From an uncultured delta proteobacterium (GTDB taxonomy: Bacteria > Desulfobacterota > Binatia > UBA9968), in assembly GCA_963745035.1 (NCBI GenBank), contig CAVUVW010000015.1:160001-224000 (forward strand): a stretch of DNA of 64,000 bases, given 5' to 3'. This document shows, in pieces, positions 1-9,508 of this stretch (the stretch's first letter is position 1; each line of letters starts with the position of its first letter). Position numbers and translations under genes: made by a program. Under the pieces are notes generated by a model, which saw only the letters and a list, made by a program, of their open reading frames with translations, was not told the origin of the DNA and searched no databases.

Positions 1-2
1 CC

Positions 3-761
3 ACGATCGCAACTGCCCTGCACGGCGCCCAGCACGGCGAGATCTGGATTCCGCACGCCATCGAAGTGGACGGGCAGGTGATCAAGATCTTCGATCTGCA
101 CAACCATCAGCCGGTTCCAGTCACCGGCGCCGAGCGCTACGACGAGCGCTGGGTGCGGATCAAACGGCCGATCGTCATTGTCGGCGGCGAAATGACGATT
201 GAGACCATGGACTTAATCTACAGCAGCACGGTTCGCTTCTACGAAGCGCCGTTCCAGATGAAGTCCAACGGCGGCACCTTGGTGATCGACGACTTCGGCC
301 GCCAGCGGGTCGATCCCCACGATCTGCTCAATCGCTGGATCGTTCCGCTCGAAGGCGGCATCGATTATCTGACCCTGCACACCGGCAAGAAGATCGAGGT
401 GCCGTTTGAGCAATTGCTGATTTTCGCCACCAACCTCGATCCGAGCGACTTGGTCGACGACGCGTTTCTCCGCCGCATGGGATATCGTCTCTATATCAGT
501 CCGCCGGATCGGGAGATGTACGCGGCAATCTTCGAGCAATTCGTGCGCAAGAGCGGCTACGACTACGACCCCAAGCGCCTCGATTTCGTCTATCGGCTCT
601 ACGAAGCGGACAAGCGGCCACTGCGCGGCTGCGAGCCGCGCGATTTGATCCAGCGCTGCACCGACCTCTGCAAGTACGAGAACCGCCCGCTGGTCTTGAC
701 CGACGAGCTACTGCACTTGGCGTGGAAGAATTACTTCGGCGCGGCGCCGAGCGTGCAGTGA
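3..761 (+). CDS. AAA+ family ATPase (YifB/Mg-chelatase-like), 5' end outside the window
   Basis: The frame is open from position 3 (TIATALHGAQHGEIWIPHAIEVDGQ). It shows a Walker B-like LVIDDFGRQ, sensor-1 FATN and arginine finger DAFLRRM. Walker A lies upstream of the window. Confidence 0.8.
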   Translation, partial: TIATALHGAQHGEIWIPHAIEVDGQVIKIFDLHNHQPVPVTGAERYDERWVRIKRPIVIVGGEMTIETMDLIYSSTVRFYEAPFQMKSNGGTLVIDDFGRQRVDPHDLLNRWIVPLEGGIDYLTLHTGKKIEVPFEQLLIFATNLDPSDLVDDAFLRRMGYRLYISPPDREMYAAIFEQFVRKSGYDYDPKRLDFVYRLYEADKRPLRGCEPRDLIQRCTDLCKYENRPLVLTDELLHLAWKNYFGAAPSVQ

Positions 762-891
762 GGGGAAACATCGCCCTGAGCAGGCCTACGCCAAGCGGGA
801 GAGCCCCCGTTCACGAATGACATCGCCACTTCGGACGAGCTCGGTTCAGCGATCGAATTAATCTAAGCAGCCGCGAAACAACGGTATCCTG

Positions 892-1003
892 CTAATCCAC
901 TTCAAATAGTTCCACCAGTCCTACGCGGTGCCCGCCGCCAATTCCGCTCACAATCGCGGTGTAAGCTCCAGGCGGCAAGGTGATTAAAATCGCTGGCACT
1001 AAT
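892..1003 (-). pseudogene. orphan C-terminal fragment of a secreted-protein domain (AILITLPPGAYTAIVSG...GLVELFEVD)
   Basis: The peptide resembles the LPPGAYTAIV...G.GLVEVY C-terminal motif I recall from large extracellular proteins of Verrucomicrobia and related soil bacteria. It has no plausible start of its own, and the upstream frame overlaps the EAL gene. Confidence 0.5.
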
Positions 1004-1018
1004 GCGGGCAAGAGGAAT

Positions 1019-2726
1019 TTACACTTTAATCTTCGGACTTGACGCTGCCGTTTGACTTTCTTTAGACGAATCATTGTCAGATTTTATCCAGTTCGTCATT
1101 TCTTGAGCCGTCAGTGGCCGGCTCATGAAATAACCCTGTGCCTCGTCGCAACCCATCGCAAGCAAGCGGTCCCAAACCTTTCGATTCTCAACTCCTTCGG
1201 CGATGACTTTCAGGCCGAGGTTGTGGCCGAGATCAATGGTCGACTGGACGATCTGCGCATCGCTTTGATCGACGAGCATATTCATGACAAATGATTTGTC
1301 GATCTTCACCGCACTAACAGGAAGTTTCTTGAGATACGCAAGTGACGAGTAACCAGTGCCAAAATCGTCCATGGAAAGCGTGATGCCCATTTTACTGAGA
1401 CGCTTCAGAATTTCTAATGAGCGTACGGGATCCGTCATTACGACGCTCTCGGTAATCTCAAGCTCGAGCTGACCGGCGGCCATCCGGTAATTTTCGAGCA
1501 GTTCCTTTACTTGATCGGGAAAACTTCCGTCATGGAGCGTACGCGCTGAAAGGTTAACGCTGATCGGCGCTTTTATCCCTTTGTCCATCCATGTCTGGAG
1601 CTGAGTCAATGCGGTTTTGCCTCCCCAGACTGTGATCGTTTTGATAAACCCGGTCCGCTCGGCCAACGTGACGAATCGATCAGGAGGAATTAAGCCAAGC
1701 CGGGGATGCTGCCATCGAGCGAGAGCCTCCACTCCGGTAATGGTCCCGGTCTTCAAGTCGACTTTCGGTTGGTAGGCCAGGAATAATTGGCGTTTCTCGA
1801 CGGCCCGGTGCAGCTCAGCCATGAGGGCCAGCCGTTCCGGACTGTATGAATCGCGTTCGAGAGAGTAGATCGCGTAACCGCTACTAGATTCCTTGGCCAG
1901 GTACATGGCGATATCCGCGCAACGCATGAGAGCGTCTCTATCCCCGCCATGATCGGGAGAAAGCGCGATGCCGATACTCGCTTGAACATCCAAGCCAATC
2001 TCGCCGATCTGAAAAGGCGATTCCAGCGCGCTCAAGAACTTGCGCGCCATGAGCTCAGCCTGCTCCCGATCCACGTCTCGAAGAAGAACCGCAAACTCAT
2101 CCCCACCGAGCCGGGCGACGGTGTCGTGTTTACGGACGGCCCCTTGCAGACGAAGTCCGACCTTTTGCAGGACGGAGTCGCCGGCCCGATGCCCAATCGT
2201 GTCGTTTATCTCTTTGAATCGGTCCAAGTCCATGAGCATCAGAGCAAACGGTTTAGCCTTGGACGATTCGGATGCGAGAAGTTCCTCGATCCGTTCGTAC
2301 AGCAGATTACGGTTCGGAAGATCGGTCAGTTGATCGTATCGAGCTGTGTAACGAATCCATTCATGGGCTCGCTTATTGGCTCTGCGGACTTCGGCATCTC
2401 GAAGCTCCCGTCCGATTGGTGCCCGAGACCAGCAGGAACGGTATGTCCAACCCGCTCTCGTGGAGAGCGGAGAGCGCGGCCAAGCCGCTAAAGTGCGGCA
2501 TGGCGTAATCTGAAATGATGATGTCCCAGGACTTCTTGGCGAGTGCCGCAGCCAAGCCTTCGGGGGTCTCGACGCGCTCGAACTCCGGTTGAAAGCCTCC
2601 TCGCGAGAGTCCCCGAATCAGTAACAGGGTATCATCTTCGGAATCATCAACGATCAATACGCGGAGAGGTTTGCCTATCTTGTCCCGGTGATCCGGGGCA
2701 GCGTCAAATGAGCCGTTGCTTGGCAT
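1019..2726 (-). pseudogene. REC-GGDEF-EAL diguanylate cyclase/phosphodiesterase, disrupted by an internal deletion and frameshift at ~2418
   Basis: 2373..2726 encodes a REC start (VLIVDDSEDD, IISDYAMP). The other frame reads RELRDAEVRR-YDQLTDLPNR-DLDRFK-ARLGGDEF-EALARW-DDFGTGYSSL through to 1019. Confidence 0.85.
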
Positions 2727-3347
2727 TTTTTACTTCCCGTTGATTAGTTGGAATCCCGATGGAGCAACGGTTGTGCCGAGAAAGGAAAGGAATATTGGCG
2801 GTCAGCAGTTGCAACGAGCCCGGAACGGGGCATTTTTGTGAGTAACAGAAAATTGCATCCAGTGACACAGGTGACAAGTTTGAAACAGCCGAGCGGCTAA
2901 TGACGTTGGGGCGGTGGTATGCGAGCTTGCGAGTCATCATCTAATAAGGAAACCGAGTCCGACGCACAAGCTGTAATACGCAGGAATGGTACCGATTGAT
3001 TTGATTACAACCAGGCTCCCAGGAAGAAACCAACGCACGCGTTGTGAGGGGATTTCTATTCCTCAGGGTCGACAAATAGCCCTCAGGCTCGGCGCGAAGA
3101 GTTGCGCCACGCGGTCATATTATCCGCGGCGAGCGCCACAACAATCGCATAAAAAGGCTCATCGCACGATTATCCGAAAGCCGGTCACGAACTCTGGGGT
3201 GACGTCTGGATGTCCAGACGATCAATAAAAAATTCTTCTGCAAAAAACTATTTTGGTGAACCGTTTACGGGCTAACGCAGGAGCGAACATGGATAAACAT
3301 GAACAATTTACCGATAGAGAGAACTTTAACAGCCTGCAAATATTTTT

Positions 3348-3423
<76 letters not shown>

Positions 3424-3436
3424 ACAACGGGAAGGA

Positions 3437-3557
3437 TGAGTGATGAGTTTTGAATGCTGAGCTAAAAGTAGGAAAGAGCTCCCCAAAAGTCAAACCCCGC
3501 CATCTTTAAAAAATAAAAATACCGCTTCTCAGTCCTCAGCACTCTTATTCGGCACTC
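3437..3557. repeat. inverted arrays of degenerate 7-mers (TGAGTGA-like / CTCAGCA-like) flanking the tRNA promoter
   Basis: 3437-3464 tgagtga tgagttt tgaatgc tgagcta; 3528-3557 ctcagtc ctcagca ctcttat tcggcactc. Confidence 0.6.
3465..3493 (-). promoter_or_regulatory. sigma70-like promoter of tRNA-Ala
   Basis: TTGACT-N17-TACTTT on the minus strand, ~40 nt upstream of the tRNA. Confidence 0.7.
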
Positions 3558-5249
3558 CTATTTGCCGCGCGCCATCTCCTCAGCGTGCTTGCGGGTTTGC
3601 TCGGTGATTTTGACGCCGCCGAGCATGCGCGCCAATTCGGCGACTCGTTCGCGCTCGGAAAGCTCTTTCACGCGGGTGAAGGTGCGGCCTCTTTCCACAG
3701 CCTTGTGCACGACGAAATGCGCGTCCGCCAGGGCGGCGATCTGGGGCAAATGAGTCACACTGATGACCTGATGGTGCGACGCCACCTGTTTCAATTTTTT
3801 CCCGACGATCTCGGCGACGCGCCCGCCGACCCCAGCATCGACTTCGTCGAAGAGCAGAGTCGATACCACTCCCGGAGCCAGCACCAGCGCTTTGAGCGCG
3901 AGCATCAAGCGCGACAGCTCGCCGCCCGAAGCAATTTTGGCCAGCGGCTTGACCGGCTCGCCGGGATTGGGCGAGAAGTAAAATTCCACTTGGTCCATGC
4001 CGCGCTCGGTGAGTTTTTTGCCGGCGATGAAAAACGGTGGTTCGTCGGTTTTCTCGTCCTGGGTAGCGAAACGCACCTCAAAGACAGTCTCCGGCATGCC
4101 TAAACTTTTGACTTCTCTTTCCATGTCGCGCTTGAGTTTCTTCGCAGCGCGCTGACGCTCGTGGGAAAGCTTCCCCGCCATGTCCCAGGCGCTTTGCCGC
4201 GCCTCGGCAAAGGCCTTTTCCAACACGATGATCTGCTCTTCGCCCCGTTCCAAGTTGTTGAGCGCCGCCTGACTTTCTTCATGCAGCCGCAGGATGTCTT
4301 CGACCTCCGCGTTGTATTTGCGCTTGAGCCGCTGAATTTCCGCCAGGCGATCTTCGATCTGTTCGAGCGCGCGCGGGTCACAATGGACTTTTTCGGCATA
4401 GCGGCGCAGCGCCGCCGCCGCTTCTTGCAACTGCGCCAGCGAGGACTCGAGCAGCTCGAGCGTCGGTTGCAGGTTCGCGTCGATCTTCGCGAGATCGCGC
4501 AGCCGCGCCGTGTATTTGCTCAAGCCGCCGACGATCGCGGCGTCGCCTTCGTAGAGCAGCTCCTCGCCCTCGCGACAGCCTTGGTGCAGCTTTTCGCCGT
4601 GCGCCAGGATATTTTTGGTCGCGCGCATTTCCTCTTCTTCGCCCGGCCGGAGCCGCGCCTGGGCGATTTCCGCGGCCTGTCCCTCGAGCAGCGCCCGCTC
4701 GCGGCGTTTCCGTTCGAGCGACGCGCGCGCTTCGCCCAGTCGGTTCGCCGCCTGAGCTAGCGCGGCGTAGTTTTCTTTCATTGCCGGCGCCGGCAGGTCA
4801 CCGGTGAAGGCATCGAGCAGGTTGAGATGGGTCTCCGCCTGGAGCAGCGTGTGGTGCTCGTGCTGTCCGTAGATGTGCACCAGCGCGGCGCCAGCCTGCG
4901 CGAGCACGCCGAGCGGGCAAAGACCGCCGTTGAGGTAAATGCGATTGCGGCCCGAGCGACTGAGCACGCGCTTGATCACCAGCTCGCCGTCCACAGGAAA
5001 ACCCGCCTCGTCCAGCAGGCCCGCGACCCCCGGCGGCAGGGAATCGAACAGCGCCTCCACCGTCGCTTCCTCTTCGCCGCTGCGGATGATGTCGGCGGCA
5101 CCGCGCTCGCCGGCGATCAGTCCGAGCGCGTTGAGAATGATCGACTTGCCGGCGCCGGTTTCGCCGGTGAGAATATTGAGGCCGGCTTTCAACTCCAGCA
5201 CGACCTCGTCGATGATCGCGAAATTTTTTATGCGCAGCTCGCGCAGCAT
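3558..5249 (-). CDS. recN: DNA repair protein RecN
   Basis: LTGETGAGKS Walker A, IYGQHEH, coiled coil, ASGGELSR signature, FDEVDAGVGG, VTHLPQIAA. Confidence 0.97.
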   Translation of the reverse strand: MLRELRIKNFAIIDEVVLELKAGLNILTGETGAGKSIILNALGLIAGERGAADIIRSGEEEATVEALFDSLPPGVAGLLDEAGFPVDGELVIKRVLSRSGRNRIYLNGGLCPLGVLAQAGAALVHIYGQHEHHTLLQAETHLNLLDAFTGDLPAPAMKENYAALAQAANRLGEARASLERKRRERALLEGQAAEIAQARLRPGEEEEMRATKNILAHGEKLHQGCREGEELLYEGDAAIVGGLSKYTARLRDLAKIDANLQPTLELLESSLAQLQEAAAALRRYAEKVHCDPRALEQIEDRLAEIQRLKRKYNAEVEDILRLHEESQAALNNLERGEEQIIVLEKAFAEARQSAWDMAGKLSHERQRAAKKLKRDMEREVKSLGMPETVFEVRFATQDEKTDEPPFFIAGKKLTERGMDQVEFYFSPNPGEPVKPLAKIASGGELSRLMLALKALVLAPGVVSTLLFDEVDAGVGGRVAEIVGKKLKQVASHHQVISVTHLPQIAALADAHFVVHKAVERGRTFTRVKELSERERVAELARMLGGVKITEQTRKHAEEMARGK

Positions 5250-5261
5250 AGGACCGTCCGC

Positions 5262-6113
5262 CTAACGCTCGCCCCACTTGAGTTTGTCGCGCAGGATCTC
5301 GTAATAGCTGCGCGACGGAAGCTTGATCAAAGACACCGGCAAACCGTAGTCGCGCGCCTCCACTTTGTCGCCGTTGTTGAGGCGCACGCCCTGCTGGCCG
5401 TCCGGACTGAGAATGACGGTGTCGCCGAACGAACGCAAAGCGACGCGGATCGTGTCGTCGCTCGGCACGACGATCGGGCGGTTGGTGAGCGTGTGCGGGC
5501 AGATCGGCGCCAGCACGATAGCGCCGAGGGTCGGCTCGAGAATCGGCCCCGCGGCGGCCAGAGAATAGGCGGTGGAGCCGGTCGGCGTCGAGATGATCAG
5601 ACCGTCCGCTCGGTAGGTGCAGAGATAATCCGCGCCGATGTAGGTTTCCAGATCGATGATCCGGCTGCGCGCTCCCTTGGTGATCACCGCGTCGTTGAGC
5701 ACGCGAAAGCGATGGATCCGGCGTTTTTTGCCGATGACCCGGATCTCCAGGGTCATGCGCTTTTCGACCTGATAATCACCCTCGAGGGTTTTCGTCAGAA
5801 TCGCTTCCAGCTCGTTCACCGCGACCTCGGTGATGAAACCCAAGCCGCCCATATTCACGCCGAGAATCGGCACCTCGGCGCGCTCGACCAGCGGCGCAAT
5901 GTTGAGCAAGGTGCCATCGCCTCCCAGCGAAATGATGAGATCGGCCTTGGCCGCCATCTCCTTTTTGCTGCACGATTGCGCGCCGGCGCCGGTCAAGCCG
6001 TTCTCCACGCAGACTTTCTTGCCGCGTTTTTTGAGCCACGGAATCAGCCAGCGAACCGCCTGTGCGGCTTTGGGCTCCTGATATTTGGCGACCAGACCGA
6101 CGGTACGAATCAT
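5262..6113 (-). CDS. nadK: NAD(+) kinase
   Basis: LGGDGTLL, GVNMGGLGF, VLND, DGLIISTPTGSTAYSLAAAGP; next to recN. Start placed at MIRTVG after a GAGGAG RBS. Confidence 0.96.
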   Translation of the reverse strand: MIRTVGLVAKYQEPKAAQAVRWLIPWLKKRGKKVCVENGLTGAGAQSCSKKEMAAKADLIISLGGDGTLLNIAPLVERAEVPILGVNMGGLGFITEVAVNELEAILTKTLEGDYQVEKRMTLEIRVIGKKRRIHRFRVLNDAVITKGARSRIIDLETYIGADYLCTYRADGLIISTPTGSTAYSLAAAGPILEPTLGAIVLAPICPHTLTNRPIVVPSDDTIRVALRSFGDTVILSPDGQQGVRLNNGDKVEARDYGLPVSLIKLPSRSYYEILRDKLKWGER

Positions 6114-6200
6114 CGACGCAGTTTCTCCTCGGCGAAGATTATCACATGGCGAAAAAAAATGTCCACGACGCAAGCGACGTCAAATGGTGAGCACGATTTG

Positions 6201-7136
6201 TTACACCACCAGGTTTCGCAGCCGCGAGCTCAGATAATCGACCAGCATGACCAATGCGATCAGTACCAAGACGATCGCCGCAGCTTCTTGATATTGAAAG
6301 GTGCGAAAGCTCGTGTTCATCAGGTAGCCGATGCCGCCGGCGCCGATCAGCCCCAAAACTGACGCGGCGCGGATATTGGTTTCCAAACGGTAAAGAGTGA
6401 ACGAGATCAAATCCGGTAAAATCTGCGGCAGCACCGCGAACGACAAAATCTGCGGATAGCTCGCCCCGGTGGCGCGCAGCGCCTCGACCACCCCCTCATC
6501 GATGTTTTCCGCCGACTCCGAGAGCAGCTTGCCCAGCACCGTCGCCGTATGAATCGCTAGCGCGAGAGTGCCGGCGAACGCGCCCAGGCCGACGGCCGCG
6601 ACGAACAGCAGCCCGAGCGCGAGATCGGGAATGGTGCGCACCAGATTGAGCGCGCTGCGCACCAGAGAATACACGTAGGGATGCGGCGTCATGTTGCGCG
6701 CCGCCAAAAAACCTAGCGGAAAGGCCGCGAATAGAGCCAAGAATGTGCCGGCAAAGGCCATTTGCACGGTCTCGAGGGTTGCCCCGATCACCGTCTGCGG
6801 AAAGGTGTTGTTCCACCAACGCTGGCGCGTGCGCGCCGCCTCGTCGCCGAGCGGCACCGGCAAGAGCAATTCGGGCAAGCTCAGCTCTTCAGGGAAAAAA
6901 TAATACTCCGGCGCCGTGACTTTGGTGAAATCCGGCGGCAGCATGCGCGCCAGTGTCGCGAAAATCTGCGGGATGCCGTCAATCAGCTCCGCCGGCTGGA
7001 TCTTCGCGCCATGAAACGACCAGAACAGAACGACGAAGCCGATAGCGATCGCCGCATACGATTTTTTCCCGTAGCGTGGGCGCGCCGGCGCCTCGCTAAA
7101 AATATCACCTTCGTCTCTTTTCCGTGCTTCCGCCAA
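6201..7136 (-). CDS. phnE: phosphonate/phosphite ABC transporter permease
   Basis: RTIPDL, GKLLSESAENID, EALRATGAS, YRLETNIRAASVLGLIGAGGIG. TTG start at 7136 chosen because of an AGGGAG RBS just upstream. Confidence 0.9.
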   Translation of the reverse strand: MAEARKRDEGDIFSEAPARPRYGKKSYAAIAIGFVVLFWSFHGAKIQPAELIDGIPQIFATLARMLPPDFTKVTAPEYYFFPEELSLPELLLPVPLGDEAARTRQRWWNNTFPQTVIGATLETVQMAFAGTFLALFAAFPLGFLAARNMTPHPYVYSLVRSALNLVRTIPDLALGLLFVAAVGLGAFAGTLALAIHTATVLGKLLSESAENIDEGVVEALRATGASYPQILSFAVLPQILPDLISFTLYRLETNIRAASVLGLIGAGGIGYLMNTSFRTFQYQEAAAIVLVLIALVMLVDYLSSRLRNLVV

Positions 7137-7156
7137 TGGCTTCTCCCTTTGGTTTA

Positions 7157-7410
7157 GGCTCGTGTGCGAGCCCAACGCGCTTCGCGTGGGTTATTTATCG
7201 TCTGCGATAAACTCAGAACACTCCCGAGGCGCCCTCTGGAGGAGCAAAGGCATCGGCCCCCGAAGGCTTCATGGTTAGCAGAGTGCTGGGCACGATAACC
7301 GACCCTTTTCACCGAAGAGCTCATGAGATAGGCAAAACGCGCTTGCCCTACCATTTTACTTTTTACCGAAGCACAGGCCCATTGCCTTGCTCCGGAAGGA
7401 TCGCGCCTCA
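7157..7410 (-). ncRNA. candidate structured RNA / long structured leader of phnE (family not recognised)
   Basis: Nested long-range helices, a C(UUCG)G tetraloop, G-U pairs that favour the minus strand, and three tandem 3' hairpins; see findings. Confidence 0.6.
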
Positions 7411-7443
7411 GCCGCCTCACAGGAATAATCCGCGCTCGCGCGC

Positions 7444-7473
7444 ATACTAAACCAGGCGCTCACGCGACGACAA
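7444..7473 (-). promoter_or_regulatory. putative sigma70 promoter for the structured RNA/phnE
   Basis: TTGTCG-N18-TAGTAT on the minus strand. Confidence 0.45.
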
Positions 7474-7630
7474 GCTCGCCTTAGAGCGCGGTCTTTCGCA
7501 ACCCCGGAGATTTACCCACGTGCGCAAGCCATTTGACACGCGAGCTTCTTTTCGGCTAATTCTGCGCGTCAAGTTTTATGGGTCCGCGCCAACGACGGCG
7601 CAGGGCGAAGCTCAGCAAAGCGCAACAACG

Positions 7631-9508
7631 ATGCTTCCTTTGGCAAGACTAACGGAACTCTCTTCGGCGGCGCTCTTACGCAATCTCGACGGCGAGGCGC
7701 TCGGCGAGCTGAGAGCACGGCTCGAGCCGGTATTTCTCCCCGGCGGCAAGACTCTGTTTCACGCCGGCGACGCCGGCGATTCCATGTACGTCATCATCGC
7801 CGGTCGCCTGCGCATCTTCGCTGCCGGCAACGGCAGGGAAGGTGAGGCGATCCGCGAGCTCGGCCGCGGCGAGAGCGTGGGCGAGCTGGCCCTGGTCACC
7901 GGGATGCCCCGTTCGGCGACCGCGCGCGCGATTCGCGATACCGAGCTGGCTTGCTTGTCGCGCGCCGCCTACGACGATATTTGCAAGAAACATCCGGCTC
8001 TCGCCAACGAGTTGCTGAAACAAATCGCCTGGCGCCAAAGCCAAGGCACCGATCGATCCCTGTCCAAGCGCCACCTTCGAACTCTGGCACTTTTGCCGTT
8101 CGACGACCAAGCGCCGGCCGCGGATTTTGCCCGGCTGCTCGGCGCCGCCCTGCAAGAGCTCGGCAGCACGCTGCATTTAACCGCGCGGTCGGATCTGGGA
8201 CACGCGGCGCGCGACGGCAACCCAGACACAGGGCCAACCACGATCACCCAACGTCTGACCGAATTGGAAAGTTACCATCGGTTTGTCATCTACCAGGCCG
8301 ACGTCGAGCTATCGCCCTGGACCGAGCAGTGCATACGTCAGGCGGATTTAATCCTGTTGATCGCGGCGGCAAACTGCGCCCCGGCAAAGTCCCGGTGCGA
8401 GCAGCTCGCACAATACTTTTCCGGCCGCGAAGCCGCGCCCGAAATCGAGCTCGTGCTTTTGCACGGCGCGAGTTTCGACGCACGCGTTCAGGCGGATCGG
8501 CAGTTGGCCGGCTTGCCGATCCGCGATCATTACCACGTCGTTGAAAAATCCCAGGCCGACTTCGCGAGACTGGCGCGCTTTCTCACCGGCAGCGCGGTCG
8601 GTTTGGTCCTCAGCGGCGGCGGCGCGCGCGGCTTTGCTCATATCGGCATCCTGCGCGCGTTCCAGGAACACCGCATCCCGGTGGATTTTATCGGCGGCAC
8701 GAGCATGGGTGCGGTGATCGCCGCGCAGTATGCCGCCGGCTGGGATTGGCAAACCATGTGCCGCGAGAATCGCCGACATTGGCCGCGTTGCCATCCGCAG
8801 CGCAACTACACCTTGCCTCTGGTCGCCTTGAACTCGGGTAAGCGCATGGACCGCATGCTCAAAGAAATGTTCGGCGATCGCGAAATTCAGAATCTACCCG
8901 GAAAATTCTTCTGCGTCTCGACCAATCTCACCCGCGCGGACGCGATGGTCCATCGCGCCGGCCCGCTCTGGAAAGCCGTGCGCGCCAGCGTGTCGATTCC
9001 GGGCATCGGGCCGCCGGCGATCGAAAACGGCGAGATCTTTGTCGACGGCGGTCTGGTCAACAATCTACCGGTTGACGTAATGAAACATCTCTGCCAGGGA
9101 GCCGTGTGCGCCGTCGACGTCAGCGAACAGGTGGAATTCAAAAGCAGCCTCCCGGAAAGCTACAGCGTTTCCGGCTGGCAGCTCCTCTGGCGCCGCTTGA
9201 ATCCGCTCGCAACAACACTCGATCTGCCCAACATCTTTCATATCTTGTATCGCACAACAACAGTGGGCAGCTTGCGCGCCATCGAAAGCATCAAAGCCGA
9301 CGCCGATCTTTATCTGAATCCGCCGGTCGGAAATTTCGGCATCTTCGACTGGAGTTGCGTCGATAAGATCATCGAAGCCGGCTACCGGTACGGGCTACGG
9401 GCTCTTGAGGCGCGCGACGCCGGGATTTTTCATTTCCGCAATGGCGCCGGACCGGTGCCGGCCTCTATTCGCGGCGTTGATAAATCGCCTCCACCGCGGC
9501 TTCGCTGA
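7631..9508 (+). CDS. cyclic-nucleotide-binding + patatin phospholipase (NTE/RssA family)
   Basis: cNMP domain (GDSMYVIIAGRL, GESVGELAL, PRSATARAIRD); patatin motifs GGGARG, GTSMG and DGG. Confidence 0.92.
   Translation: MLPLARLTELSSAALLRNLDGEALGELRARLEPVFLPGGKTLFHAGDAGDSMYVIIAGRLRIFAAGNGREGEAIRELGRGESVGELALVTGMPRSATARAIRDTELACLSRAAYDDICKKHPALANELLKQIAWRQSQGTDRSLSKRHLRTLALLPFDDQAPAADFARLLGAALQELGSTLHLTARSDLGHAARDGNPDTGPTTITQRLTELESYHRFVIYQADVELSPWTEQCIRQADLILLIAAANCAPAKSRCEQLAQYFSGREAAPEIELVLLHGASFDARVQADRQLAGLPIRDHYHVVEKSQADFARLARFLTGSAVGLVLSGGGARGFAHIGILRAFQEHRIPVDFIGGTSMGAVIAAQYAAGWDWQTMCRENRRHWPRCHPQRNYTLPLVALNSGKRMDRMLKEMFGDREIQNLPGKFFCVSTNLTRADAMVHRAGPLWKAVRASVSIPGIGPPAIENGEIFVDGGLVNNLPVDVMKHLCQGAVCAVDVSEQVEFKSSLPESYSVSGWQLLWRRLNPLATTLDLPNIFHILYRTTTVGSLRAIESIKADADLYLNPPVGNFGIFDWSCVDKIIEAGYRYGLRALEARDAGIFHFRNGAGPVPASIRGVDKSPPPRLR

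Noticed and set aside
2730-3340. Short ORFs next to the tRNA as integrase remnants
   Set aside because: No tyrosine or serine recombinase motifs recognisable in any listed frame.
7388-7402. TCCGGAAGGA resembling SRP RNA helix 8
   Set aside because: The flanking CAGG and AGCAG of the SRP internal loop are missing, and the fold favours the other strand.
7150-7454. 8-bp inverted repeat TGGTTTAG/CTAAACCA as MITE ends
   Set aside because: Short, no target duplication seen, and one copy overlaps the putative -10 box. Kept only as an alternative explanation.
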